NCBI RefSeq assembly: GCF_040938485.1
Contig: NW_027271306.1
Span: 310,001-374,000, forward strand
DNA: 64,000 nt
Reading direction: 5' to 3'
DNA from: Diadema antillarum
Lineage: Eukaryota
Shown: one piece after another, positions 13,100 to 26,319 of the stretch
Numbering within the stretch: the stretch's first letter is position 1
How the letters are laid out: each line of letters opens with the position of its first letter
Program-made: the position numbers and the translations under genes
Notes under the pieces: model-generated
What the model was told of the DNA's origin: nothing
The model's input: only the letters and a program-made list of their open reading frames with translations
The model's database searches: none

Positions 13100-15636
13100 G
13101 CGGATGCAAGGCTTTGCCGACGAACAACCAAACGATGCCGACTACGACGAGGAATCGTACTACTCCGTTGTCCACTACAACGACCGTGCCAAGGCCGACG
13201 TCGACGACATTCTGCAGCACATCTGGACTGCAAACAAGACCGCTCTCCTGCATGCGAGGTACTCGAATATTCTGGGTATACGAAGTTACGATGCATGTCT
13301 TACTCTCCAAAACTATAGCCATTTCTTTCTTTCATTACGACGTTAACGATTGCTGGTCCTTCTACTAATACTATTATTCTTTCTACCTCTATCATCTCAT
13401 CATACTTGTTTGATATTGTATACCACTAGCTACCTACAATATTCATCCACTTCTGATACTACTACTATACTACTGCTGCTGCTGCTGCTTCCACTACTAC
13501 TACATGTACTACTATTATACAATACTAATCCACTATTGACTACCATGGTAACTGTATGGTACTATTATACTAGAGGGCCTACTTTGTCCAATCCCAAAAG
13601 CTTTGATGCACATAAGCATTTCAAAGAAGGCTAAAAAAAAAAAAACACCTCTAAACCTTATTATCAAGGAACAGTGAATTTTACGTACAGTGATGGATGC
13701 ATTACCATCATTATTATCATCATCATCATCTATACAGCTGCATCACGTTTACACCAGACTGTAACAGTTCTCGACTGTACCGTCTCTTATTTTCTGCCAT
13801 TCCACTTGCAAATATGCATTTACTAGTATTGACCTGCATTATGGTGTGCTGACCGCACGTGCACGCTGCTCTCCGAACTTTCCCAAGGTCATAAAGTTCC
13901 TCAACTTTCTCGGAGTTATAATATTCCAATAAACGACAGCGAAACATGATATTTTCATCTAAATGCAAACATCAAGTACAAGGTGAAATTATGCAACATA
14001 CCAATTGTAACAGGGCCTCTAGCATTCTTAAAGTTTTATAAACTTTCCAAAACAGTGGGATAAACTTCTTCTTCGACGGCGATCATCCTTATGTCTTACG
14101 TACAATGTCAGTGGCACCCCTTGTTTGCCTAAGAGCTAATTTGCATGTTTGCCCGAGGTGTTTGTATAGACGTAGATGGCGCTATTTCAACTCCCGCAGA
14201 GCGGGTTGATAGATCAACCCGCTCTGAACTCTCGCAACAGAGCTTTCAAGGCTCTGTCTCGCAATAGAGCTCACACGGGCAAATATTTTCCCATAGACCA
14301 GGCGTCCACTAGGGCGCGGACAAGACGCGGACAAGCCCCGGAATGCAAATTTGGTATTCCGCACTCCTTCGGGAACCTGTCCGCACGTTCCTGGACGTGT
14401 CCGCTCACTGTCCTAAACATGTCCGGGCGTTTCCGCACCTTCGGGAGAGAGAAAAATTTCCGCGTCCAATTTTGATCGAGACCAAAATTTGGACGCGGAA
14501 ATGAACTTCCTGACACCTTCGGCGACTTGTCCTGACGATGTCCTGAGGATGTCCCGCTTGTCCGGAACCCTTCCGCTCCTTCCGCACACGCTCCGGAAAG
14601 GATCCCGCGGTGTGGGGAAGCTTCCCGAATGAAAGCGGAAGACACCAGGAATGTTTTAGGACATCGCGGAGCCGATGCGGATCTATATTTGCAAGAGTCC
14701 GGAACCGATGCGGAAATTTTGTGATCCAGACACGAAAATGTCGACACTTTCCGCGAGGGTCATGCCAATGAAACGCAAAATGAGCAAGAAGGGAGGCGAG
14801 GCCCCCATGCAAATATCCCCATCACAGGCACACCTTTCGTCTAGTGATGAAGAACAGGTAAATCTAAGGAATTTCCGGTCCCAGAAGGCAAAGAATAAGG
14901 TAGTAGAGACTGTGCCAAAAGCAACCAGAAAGAAGTGAAATCAGCCCCCTAACTTCCTAGTAAGTTTGTTTTGATTTGATCTTTTCAGAAATTATTTTTC
15001 GTGTGAGTGACTTTCCTGGTTCCTATTACTTACTATAGTACATTTTCCTTTATGTTGTTTTCGTATTTTATTTGCAAACAAACTAGGTTGTCCCATGTGA
15101 CAGCCCAGCTGAAAAATCACAAAAGTAGGTGGAAGTACACTCAGAAAAAAAAGCATATAATTTTTGGCTAAATGTTAATGTATTATATAAACATGAACAA
15201 GTTGTTATTCATACGTAAATGCTTTCTAATGATACAACATAATTAGAACAAAAGACAAATTCATCACACTAAAAAGCATGAATTCAATTGCAAAGATATA
15301 CCTGTGGTTTCATTACAATGTAATATCTTTGAAGCCCAAAATAACAATGAAAGCTAAAGATGATGGAGAAAATAAAGGATTTTCTGTCACTTCAAAATTC
15401 AAGTGAAATGAGAGAAAAAGCAATAAATCATGAACTCGAAAAAGTGTTAAATTTCTGTCTTTCTTTTGTTTTGTTTTTTGCTGAGTGTATATATTTAAGT
15501 ACACATTAAGCATCACAAATCATTTCAGAAATATTCTTTACCTGAATGATTTTCGTAGTTGTTATTACCTAATTTTTTTTCTTTTTTGTTTTAGTTGCAA
15601 ATAAACTCGATTGTCCAATTTGACAGGCCAGCTGAA

Positions 15637-15667
<31 letters not shown>

Positions 15668-16167
15668 ACGTAAATTAAAGTAGGTTAAAAATATTTCCCC
15701 ATTTTTACACTTCATTGACAATGGGCTAGTAAGCTCTAAGCATGAAAAAAAAATTCTCGGACTTGAAAATGTTCAAAATAGTGATCAAAATAAGGGAGGG
15801 TTAGAGATGCACAAGGGTAAAAATCAGAGAAAGAAAAAAACAAATTGAATGATTAGGATCATTTTGGCATGCTCTACAGAAGTATCAGACAAAACATGTG
15901 TACTTCACGCTGGATAAAGCACAGGTCTAAAAAATGGGAATAAAGAATATGTATATATATATATATATATATAAGTAACAAAACTGCAACAAAGTTCATG
16001 CTGCATTCACCAACGGTTTATTTCTTGTGAAGAAATAAATCGTTGGTGAACACAGCATGAACCCTGTTGCAGTCTTGTTACTTATCTTTTTATCTTGCCC
16101 ACACGTGGACTACCTTATCAACATGATTCATGTATATATGTATATACATTTACATTTTTATGTATAT

Positions 16168-16215
<48 letters not shown>

Positions 16216-19200
16216 GTATGGTTCAAAAAGTTTGCGAATATCATCCATGTGACTGTAGGCAGAGAAAAAATTGTTCTCCCAGGTGAGACAAATCAAAAAA
16301 AAAAAAATGAGCCGTCAGCCGACATGCAGACAATCCTATTCTTCGACATTTGATGGTCACATTTATCAAATAATATTGACCAATCATATTAATATAATAT
16401 CAGCCGCTACTGCGGAAGCACAACAAGGAGCATCAATGACGGCTAGCAGTGAAATGAGAAAAAGTCAAAGTCAGCGCCAAATTTATACCTTTCCATTTTC
16501 CTGGTATTGTCCGCAGTTTGTCCTCATGCCTAACTTGTGTTGTCCGGAAGGCATCCTGATTGTCCGCGTTCATTCCTGGTGTAATCCTAGATGTTTCCGC
16601 GCTGCCCGGCTACGATTAGCATATTCCGAGCTATTTCGCGCTCTTCCGGAGTGATTCCTAGGAATGTCCGCAGTCAGTCCGCGGACAGTCCGCGGACTGT
16701 CCTAGGAAGGTCCAAGGACAAGCCGATTCACAAAGTTATTCCGCGTCTGTCGCGGACAGGATGCCGAAATAACAAAATTTGCTTCCGCAACCCTTCCGGG
16801 GCTTGTCGGCGCCCAAGTAACATGGACGTCCGCCCATAGGGACGTGTGTAAAAATTCAAAATTCAAAAATTCTGTAAAATAGCTGGGAGAAATGAGGTGT
16901 TTTATCTTCACTAACCTGGATACTAAGTAAGTGAGATATACCCTTTCATCCATCAAATTTCCAAGGCGGGTTCTTCAGCTCAAACTCTGTCCAAGGGTTC
17001 GCATAGCCAGACTACGAGTTCTTTTCGCTCAAAAAATCACCTGTTTTCTGTACATGCACCCAACTTGAAACATTGTCCCTTCAAATTCCATGAGAAAAGA
17101 TTTCGTCTTCCAACCAAAATGCAGTTTGTAGAGGAATTCATACTCAATATCTGCAGCTATTCAGTTTTTTGCCAAACTGCATTTTTGAATTTTGATTAAT
17201 TTTTTTCTTCATTTATTTTGGTATCTTTGGTACGATTTTGTGAAGCGGTCATGGATATTCCATTTTATTTATAGGTGTGAGCCCAATAAAGCTGTGAGTA
17301 AGTTGTATGTGCCTAGTCATTGAATGTATTTTGACATACTGCAGTACAATATATAAACGGCTACTCACTTACATATACCTTTCAGAAAAAGACATACTGT
17401 ATGCATTTGTGTACTAGTATATTATGATTCATACTAATGTTTTTACTAGTTTGTATCTATAAAACATAATGAAATATAAGAAACAGCACAATAAATCGTA
17501 AGTCGTCACGAGTACCTTCGGTTGCTTTGTGCAGGTCAGTAAAGAAATCTTGTAGGATTTACAAATGGGAAATGAAAAATGATTTATAAATTGGAAATTA
17601 AAAGTATGACCAATGTCTTGAAATTGTAGTGAGATTTTATTCCCGTGCAATTCATTTGAATAAAGTGAAAGCCTTTATTCAGCAGGTGTCAATGGTAAAA
17701 GGTCGTTAAGCCCCTCAATTTTGATTTCCATCAAGTCCTCAATGAAACAAGATTTATTTCTACTGATCATGTGACGTTATGATTATGTTACAAGAGTATA
17801 CCATCATATTTGGACGTTTGCATTACCCGATATTAATTGTTTTGAAATGAAAATAAAACATGAATGAATGAATGAATGAAAGTAAGCATATTCATTTTTT
17901 GACGTATACCTACAAAATGCAATATCTGATACCTAGTGTTCATGAAAGCAAGAGAATACTAGTAGTAAGCGGAGGGACGAAGGTTGTAGAGGGAGACAGA
18001 TTTAAAAAAAAAAATCACGCCTCAACCTAATGTTTATTTCCAATATTTCCGATTGAGTAATCAAGAATACGCACAAGGTGAATATATCCCCAAAAGAATG
18101 GAATTACATTGTATTGTGACGTTCAAGATGCGTTATAAAAGTAAAACAGAGTAGTAATAGAAAAATGACATGGAACCACAGTCTTACATCAGTATTGTCC
18201 ATTGTATTTTTTTTTTTTTTTTTGCTTGTCCTAGAGCCGAGATGCGAAAGTTCTTCAACCCCTACAAGATGATCACAATGACGTCAGATGACGACACGAG
18301 AGGGCAGCTCAAGCGATTCTACAGCGCCAAGGCCAGGGCAATGACTCTGATCCCGGCGGGACTCAAGCGGCTCCTGCCGACGAAACAACTTTTCCGGAAC
18401 CAGTTCTTCAAGACCTGCTCGGTCGTAGGGAATAGCGGGATTCTGCTCAACAGCAGCTGCGGGAACAGGATAGATTCCGCGGACTTGACGATTCGCTGTA
18501 ATTTCGCCACCGTCGACGGTTACGAGAAGGACGTGGGAACGCACACGAATGTAATAACCTTTAACCCAAGCATCCTAGATCGATTGTATGGGCGACTTAA
18601 AAAAGACGGAGATAGGGACAAGTTTGAGAAGCGCTTGGTGAGCTACGGAAAGTACGTGCTCTGGATCCCAATCTTCTCGACGCATTACATCAGCAGGACA
18701 GTGCAGGAGATTCTTGACTTTTTCAACCTCAATGCAAAGAGATTTAAAAACGTCCAACTGGCCTTTCCTGGAAACATTCTCCCGGATATTTCTGAGTGAG
18801 TGGCACCGGGGGCGTGTGTGTGTTAGTTAGAGTGTGTGTGCGCCTGCACGTGTTGGTGTGTTGTTTTAATGTGTACGTGTATCATAACGTGTGCGATATG
18901 TGATTTTGTCTTCTTCTTTTTCTTTAATGGGGGATAGGGTACGTATTGAGAAAAAAAGGGAAGGATGTTACCCACAGATACATGTCAATACTGCATTGAG
19001 ATACTGGTATTTCATCAAGCCAAAAGTTTGAGAAATATAAAAAGGGAAGAGCGTATGATTCCTGCATGGAAGTAACGAAGAGTCTGAATAATGGCGAAAA
19101 TGCTTCATAGATATTGTAAAAGTAAAATTAAATCTCAGTTTCCCTTTGTAAGGCCCTGACTATCAAAGTATGGTTGTAAGAGTAAGTCTGTAGCATAATA

Positions 19201-20211
19201 AATTGAGTACACTCCTGCCATTTCAAACTTTATAACTCATGGTCTATATTTTCTAGGTGAATCGATGAATGGTCTGTTTATGTACTTTGGTCTCCACTGT
19301 TTCTCACAGTCGAATCAAATTGATTATTACCCTGCTTATTTCTAATTTCAGTGTACCGATGGTCGATTTGATATCAAAATAATTATGTTTAAAATGAAAG
19401 AAATGAACAAGAAGGCCCCATCAAACAAGGTTAACTTTGAGTATCGTGCAGTTTGGAAATTCTTTCGATATCTGCTCATCGCACTGTACAATGGCAATGA
19501 TACGTTTCAATCGGCCTTTCACCCAGTGGCTTCAACATCAACGAGACACGAAAAGCAATATATAATTTCTCTGTCTTTCTTTTAACAAAATGATGGAGTT
19601 CCTTTTGAAATGATAGATCATGGAGTTATGGCTAAATATCACATTGGTCGTGATAGTAATGTAAGTGTCTTCTCATAGAGAATGATGTAATACACGTGGT
19701 TCAAAGCACGCAGGGTCCTATATTGACGCATCAGAAGTTGTGACGAGCGCTGAGATCAATTTCTATCTCAAATTCTTGGATCACTGTTTTTCGCAGCCGT
19801 GGATCTTTCTTGTAGTTAGTGCGGGAAACGTAATAGAAGTACGACTAACTGTTGTGATGACGTGTATGTAATGATGTCATTAGTCTAACGAAACGTATAT
19901 TTTTCTTTCTTACTTTCAGTTACTGGATGACGCAGGGTATCGACGAAGAACGAATCAGTACAGGGCTGCTGATGTTCAATATAGCGGCCACTATCTGCGA
20001 CGAAATTCACATGTACGGATTTTACCCCTTTCCCGAATTCAAGCAGACGCCCATTCCGTATCACTACGACGACAACCGGGGAAACACAACGCGTAATAAC
20101 TATGACTACGGCTACAGGCGGTTTCACAACTTGCCCGATGAGTTTGTGATGCTGAAGAAACTGCACAAGGCGGGTGTCCTAAAACTGCATCTTGGACAGT
20201 GTCAAACATAA
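13100..20211 (+). CDS. ST8SIA: Alpha-2,8-sialyltransferase (GT29, ST8Sia family), 5'-incomplete; exons 13100-13258, 18235-18795, 19920-20211
   Basis: Sialylmotif L (CSVVGNSGILLNSSCG..IDSADLTIRCN..V.GYEKDVG..T), motif S (ISTGLLMF...CDEIHMYGFYPF), motif III (YHYDD), motif VS (HNLPDEF), ST8-type C-terminal LKLHLGQC and stem W.AN.TA...R. All introns are AG/GT and phase 2, joining in frame (AG|A, GA|T). Subfamily not assignable. Confidence 0.93.
14272..16848. mobile_element. Probable ~2.5-kb non-autonomous DNA transposon in the ST8Sia intron (ends approximate)
   Basis: GC-rich arms (14280-14760, 16490-16845) rich in TGTCCG/CGGACA motifs; 14-bp inverted match GACAAGCCCCGGAA at 14330-14343 / 16794-16807; no clear TSD. 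Confidence 0.5.
16172..16213. repeat. (TA)n microsatellite
   Basis: Direct reading. Confidence 0.95.
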
Positions 20212-21329
20212 TTTTTTTCTCTCTCTTCTTGATTCTTGAGTTCCACCTATGACGATAGAGCAGAGACTCTATTTTGGGAAAGAGCTGTCACCAAAGCAAA
20301 ATCGGATTTTGAGACACTACGCGTTGTTCGTTCGAGCTGGTAAACAGGCTGAAGGAAACGCTTGCGTGATAGACAGCGCCTGTGAGAAACATTCAGCCAC
20401 GAGTGACTTTAGTGATTCAAAGTGGCCTCTGTGAACCAAAGAAATAGCAATGCATCATACCTTCGTTTTGAAGTGCCAAAAGAAAATCCCTTGTGTCATG
20501 AGTCATGGATTTTTTTATGCGACATCCTTACTGTTGTTCGATTGTGCTTATTTCGATGAGCTATCTTAAATTGAGGTGTTGTTGTTTCATGCGGAGTTTC
20601 AGGATCTTAGAGTGACGATATAATGTATTTGTGACTTTTTGCACCTCGCTCTGTCTTCCAGAATTGTGTTGATTCCATCCTAATTTGTGTGATGTGAGCG
20701 TGAAGTTTACAAACTTTGCAAACTACAAACGAGGAGGGAAAATGTCGTCATCCTCAGCAAATTAAAAAAAGTTGTGGAGAAAACCGTATTGTGAAGTTTA
20801 TCATGCCACGATGATGCCAATTTTGCTGTTGTTCTTCTCATGGAATTAACTAGTTATGGCTATAAGAAAATACACTTCTTGCCCTTTAATTCGCTAATAT
20901 CCTGTGATTTCCGTCGGAATGATACTGATATTGTATTCGTTACAACTATTGCCAATTTATCATTCTCGCCGCTCTAGCCATGTGCTTGTGCCTTGTTGAT
21001 GAGGTGCGATTGTCGTCAACTGTCTACCAGTTCAGTTGTAAAACGCTGACACCATCTCGAAGAATATCTTTCTCATCAAAATGAAAATTTTGTTGAAATC
21101 ACGTGAATTATGGAAGTACATGATGTATGTCTCATGGCGTTACACAGTTAACTGTACATCTCCATATTATTTTCACAACTTTATAACAGAGAGGTAGCTT
21201 CGATATTATACAGTACTATGACAGTCCCATACGAGATGTTCGTTACTGCGTGGATGCGGTAAACTACAGTAGCATTGTCAACCAATTTAGTTGATACGTC
21301 ACCTTTTTGACATCGTATTCTATGTAAGA

Positions 21330-21499
21330 CAGTGGCGGATCCAGGGAGGACCGCAACCGGCGCACGCCCCCCTTTTATTTTTTTTTGTTGAAACAAAAGA
21401 AATAAAAAGAAAAAAATGGGGGGGGGGGAGGGGTGCGTGCGCCCCCCTTTAATTTTGTAAACGCGCCCCCTCTTTACGGAATTCCTGGATCCGCCCCTC
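21330..21499. mobile_element. hAT-type MITE (~170 bp)
   Basis: CAGTGGCGGATCCAGG ... CCTGGATCCGCCCCT ends; TGTAAGA repeated on both flanks (degenerate 8-bp TSD). Confidence 0.8.
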
Positions 21500-22634
21500 T
21501 GTAAGATGTTAAAGTATCATCTCGTCTCACAGCAAACCCAAAATAAGCGAAATTCTCTAAAAGTCACATGTACGCTTGAAATTTCGCATGGTTAAAGAAT
21601 ATATTAATATCTCTCAATATCGTGTATGAATTCCTACGGTAATACACCTCAGAGTAAAAAATAAAGAAAGAAACAGCAACCATGGCACTCGAGTATGCGC
21701 TCCCCATTTGTACCAAGAATAATGGTTGTCCATAATTTCCCTTCATCATTAAGAAGTATAATTTTATTATTCTGAAGAAAGGTCTAAATTACCTACCTCG
21801 ACAATAGTATACCAGCTTACGAAAGGAATGTAATTTTCATGGTTGCAAAAGGGACACACGAACTTTGAATGAATAATCTAAAATACCATGATGGAATAGA
21901 TACGAGAGCATTGTTTCCGATGCAACATATACACCTTTTTAAGTTGGCATGTGACAATGATTTAATTAATGATCAGCATTCATGATAAAGCAAAATGTAG
22001 TTGTTCGCATGTATTACGCTATGGCAATCATTGCTAACCGTCTCAATTATTGAGTTATTTATGTGTGATTGATGCCAGCAGAAGTGTTCGCGTCACGTTA
22101 TGTTCAGTCAATTTAAAGTGTATGAAATGAACAATAAATCAACGCTTAATGAGACAAGAAATTGACCTGCTGAAATACCGTAACAATGTTCTCTGTTGTA
22201 TGCTTAATTGACCACCTATATAGGAAGCATGCGAAAAAACCCCAACAACAAACAAACACCAAAACAGACAAACCCTATATACAAACAAATGGAGAGCGCA
22301 TGACGTTGTACATCCTGTCTTGTACATTGCATCATGGCGTAAAAATGGTGGGAATGATTAGCGTAAATCAAATCTCCAGTCTATGGTGACCAGTTACAGA
22401 AGTGTATGAAAATAAATCAACGCAATAAGTTTGCATGAGGGGTGTTGATTTTTTCACATTCTGTAACATGCTTCTCAAGCTAATTCAGTGTGTCGGAAGG
22501 ACGGTGTGCTGTGTAGAGCACTGTCCGACATAATTAAATCAATAGTAATGCATTACCCGTTTTTTATGGTAAAATAATTCTAAAAAGGTATACACAAGGG
22601 TTACATTCTGTTAGCATATGACATAAGTTAATTA

Positions 22635-22900
22635 TTCGATTCAATTCAGTTCAACTTTATTTTCATTTCCTTTAAATAAACAGAGAAAATTACATACATT
22701 ATATACAATGCATTAGTAGAAAATATTTGTAATGATTTCAAAAACGGAAATTAACAAAATACATGTGATCATGAGTAACAACATAATTGTATTTTTTAAG
22801 GTATATAGGCTTACATATGCATAGTACAAATTAAATAAGGATGGGAATGGAAATGGAGGGTCCCACTAAAAAGCAAAGCTTGTACGATATGGGACCCTCA
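22635..22900 (-). mobile_element. 3' end fragment of an L2/CR1-group LINE or LINE-tailed SINE
   Basis: Minus strand has AATAAA followed by a (TTGAA)-like tail; 10-bp stem GAGGGTCCCA/TGGGACCCTC at 22856-22899. Confidence 0.55.
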
Positions 22901-25900
22901 GAAAAAAATACATAAGAGAACGAATAATGACTTAATGAAACTATAAACAGCTATATAAAACAAGATAAAAGAAACCAATGTCAACTGACATGAAATCAAA
23001 TTAGGAAGGAAAGAAAAAAAGGAAAAAGACAAAAAGACAAAGAAATGAAACTACAACACGCGCCATCGTGGACACAAGCAAATTGGATTCCATTAGAAAT
23101 TGTAAGAGTAATAAGACGCACCCTGGATTGATATTGCGAAGAATTGGGTACATATACCGGTAAGGATGCAGAAGAGCGGACATATAAACAGGAGAGAATA
23201 GACACAGTGATATACAGTAACATCTGATTAGGACTTATGTTTGACAAATTATTTTTGTCTAATAAAAAAATGATTTATATATAATTGATTAATGCTTATA
23301 AAAAATGATGACTAGATTGAGATGATGAAGCGAAACTAATTTGGTTGTATATTGTAAGATTTCAATAAAAATGATTTTATTTTTTTCTTGAAAAAAATCA
23401 AAGTTTTAACTGTTGATATATCGTTAGGAATCATGTCGAGTTTCGCTTCCTTTTGCGAAAGGCACCGCAGGCACCGAGACATGGCGGACAACTTCTAAAC
23501 TTGAGTTCGAGTTTTGGACCAATATTGCTTTACCCACGCTGCATGTTTTGACGCAATTAAGTGAGGAAATAGATACCTACTCATATTGCTAGGTAAACAA
23601 AAAGGGTAGCTTGTCGAAGAATATGCCGGGCGTCTTGGGAACATGACACCGATTATATTTTTCCGTCTATTTACCGGGCGTTCTAATCATCAGTATTTTA
23701 CTTCTTCTTATTGTTATCAATACTAGTATTGTCATCGTCAATGTCATTGTATACTGCTTTTTTCCGCGACATGAGGGGTCAATAGCTTATTTTGTCGAAT
23801 TGTACGCCAATTCTAGGCCATTCATTTTCAGAGAATATTTTATTGGTCACTTCTTAGCGCGTGCCCAGTGTATAGAGCTTGTCCAACATTTCACAGTAAG
23901 TCTCACGTGAAACATTTTTTTTTTTAACCTGTTAAGTGGATTCTACGTCACTATTGAATACGGTTGCTGTGTCTTGTTCCATTTAACAGTACACAACAAT
24001 AGGCAACTAACACAGAGCGATAGTATGTATTCACGATATTTCTTAGCGATAGATGCTTGAAATACCATTGGTAATGAAGTTTTGTTGCTATAGCGACGAC
24101 AAGTCGTCTAAGATTTCACAAATTTAGGCCAAAAGGAATGGCGCTCACTGACTAATCTCCTCCAAGTTTGGCTGACCTTATCTAGTTAAGGCAGGACATA
24201 TTTTGAAGAACAAATTCATTTGCACGCACTAAACCTTGGTATAATCCAGTGCTATAGACTTGAACCTTGAGAACGGGTCAAAAAGCAGCGGCGAGTGTAT
24301 AATCTTGTATAAAAGATAACGCGGGGGGGGGGGGGGGGGTGGGGGATTCTCGTCAGACAACCAGTGAAATGCAAAATGTTGAACTTCAGGGGTGCTTAGG
24401 CGTATTTCGTCTACAGCTTATGCTTGTTTTCCCCAACCATATTTCTGACTGCTTTAATGGTGATATGGTGGTATTCGTAATTATAAACAAAACAAGAGAA
24501 AAAGCAGAGAAAAACAAAGTTAGACCTGAACAAAACATGCAGAAATGAAATTGTGGACGCTGCAATTAATGATTAAGGTTTGATTGCGTATTTTCATATT
24601 ATAAGAAACGGCCAGTCAACACTGTACACTTCAGCATGAAATGTGTAGAGCTGGAGCAATTTTGCCTGGTTATGCAAATGGGAGGAAATTTTGCCTGATA
24701 CCCACAAAAGCGTCTTCAAGAATTACAATCAGAATTTTTGCAACGATAGTTTTACAAATAGCAAATCAATCAAAATGCAATTTCAGGGTATGAAACAATA
24801 ACTTATTATCTTCATCTCACAGAAAACCCCATCCAATTTGCTTCAGTGGTTATGAGAAATGGGGATCTTTGTAAAGCATGTCATGCAGATGTTCCTTCCC
24901 TCCAAGTTTTGTAAGAAGACGCATTGTCCATTGCGTTCACTCCTTACAAACACGACGTTGTTCATTGTTTTCTTGCACAAAAAATATCTCTTGACTGTTT
25001 GTTTCCTTTCATTTGCAACTTATGAAAAAAGTAATTTCACACCTTACATTGGTAAGGTGTGAAAAGGAATGATTAAAGAAAGATATTAAACTACAGTTTG
25101 TATAGAAGACTGGATTGAGCTCTTCTTCCTTTTTACTTTAAGTTTTTTTTTTCTCGTTTTTGGTCAATGATCATAAACAATATCATTTACATATTTGCAC
25201 ATGTATATGTATTTACATATTGATATAATGTCAAGCAAAAAAATTTGAATTTATTGGTTAGTCGCCCTGTCAGGTGTAAGCAAAATATTTCCATTCATAT
25301 GGATGCCAAGAACATCCAAGTGCTTAACTTGGTAGAAACGGATCCATAACATGCTTTACAAAGATCCATATTTCTCCATGATTCACCGTATGCAAGATGT
25401 ATGTATAAGACGTTATTGTTTCATACCCTGAAACAGCATTGGGATTTTGAAAGTTATCAATGCGGAAAGTCCAATTTTATTTATTTTTTTTTTTGAGGGG
25501 AACACACTGTATATACATAATTGTATAATGATATATGTATATACCTTTTACAGGTATAAATTATAGATATATATTCATATATATATTTATACATATCATA
25601 ATTCATAAAACATTCGGACAATTTCTTCTTTTATGCGCATATGCATATGTAAGTATGTAATGAATATACGGTGTCCTATAATGATAGGCAAAAATATTAG
25701 GTTTAATCTTTAAGATGGGTTTCCACTCTACGGATAGGTTGCAAATGTTACGATTTCATAAACACTTCGATAAACGATGATAAAGGACCAAAATAGGGAT
25801 CAAGTGAAAGTTCTTATCATATCTCACGAAACGCTCACAATTAATAGTTCACAATTATTGGGAAAATATAAACTAATCACAAAAAACAACTTAAGTTTGT

Positions 25901-26319
25901 CTGCGTGTTTTGTTTTAACTGGATGTATTAAATCTCGTTGACTATAAATCTAAGCCCTAGACCGTGGTATACGTTCATAAAGTACATAAGACACTATTCC
26001 ACGAAGGAAGTTCAACAAATTCACATGCAACACCACATGATTGTGTTATTGAATAGTAGTCATAAATGGCATAAAAGGTTACGCTTCATCAAGGCCGAAT
26101 CAGTATAGAGATCAACTGATCAACTGATACTTTGCTGGTGCACAATATGAACAACCAGAAAGGGATGCGCCAGGTGGCTGTACATTGCTCTATGTTGCTC
26201 TACATGGTTATGCATTCAAAACATCATGTCTCTTCTAAGATATTATACAGTATGCTATCCAGGAGTAGGGCCTACATAATTTATACTTCTCGTATTTCAA
26301 TGAAATTTGCGGCTTCATT

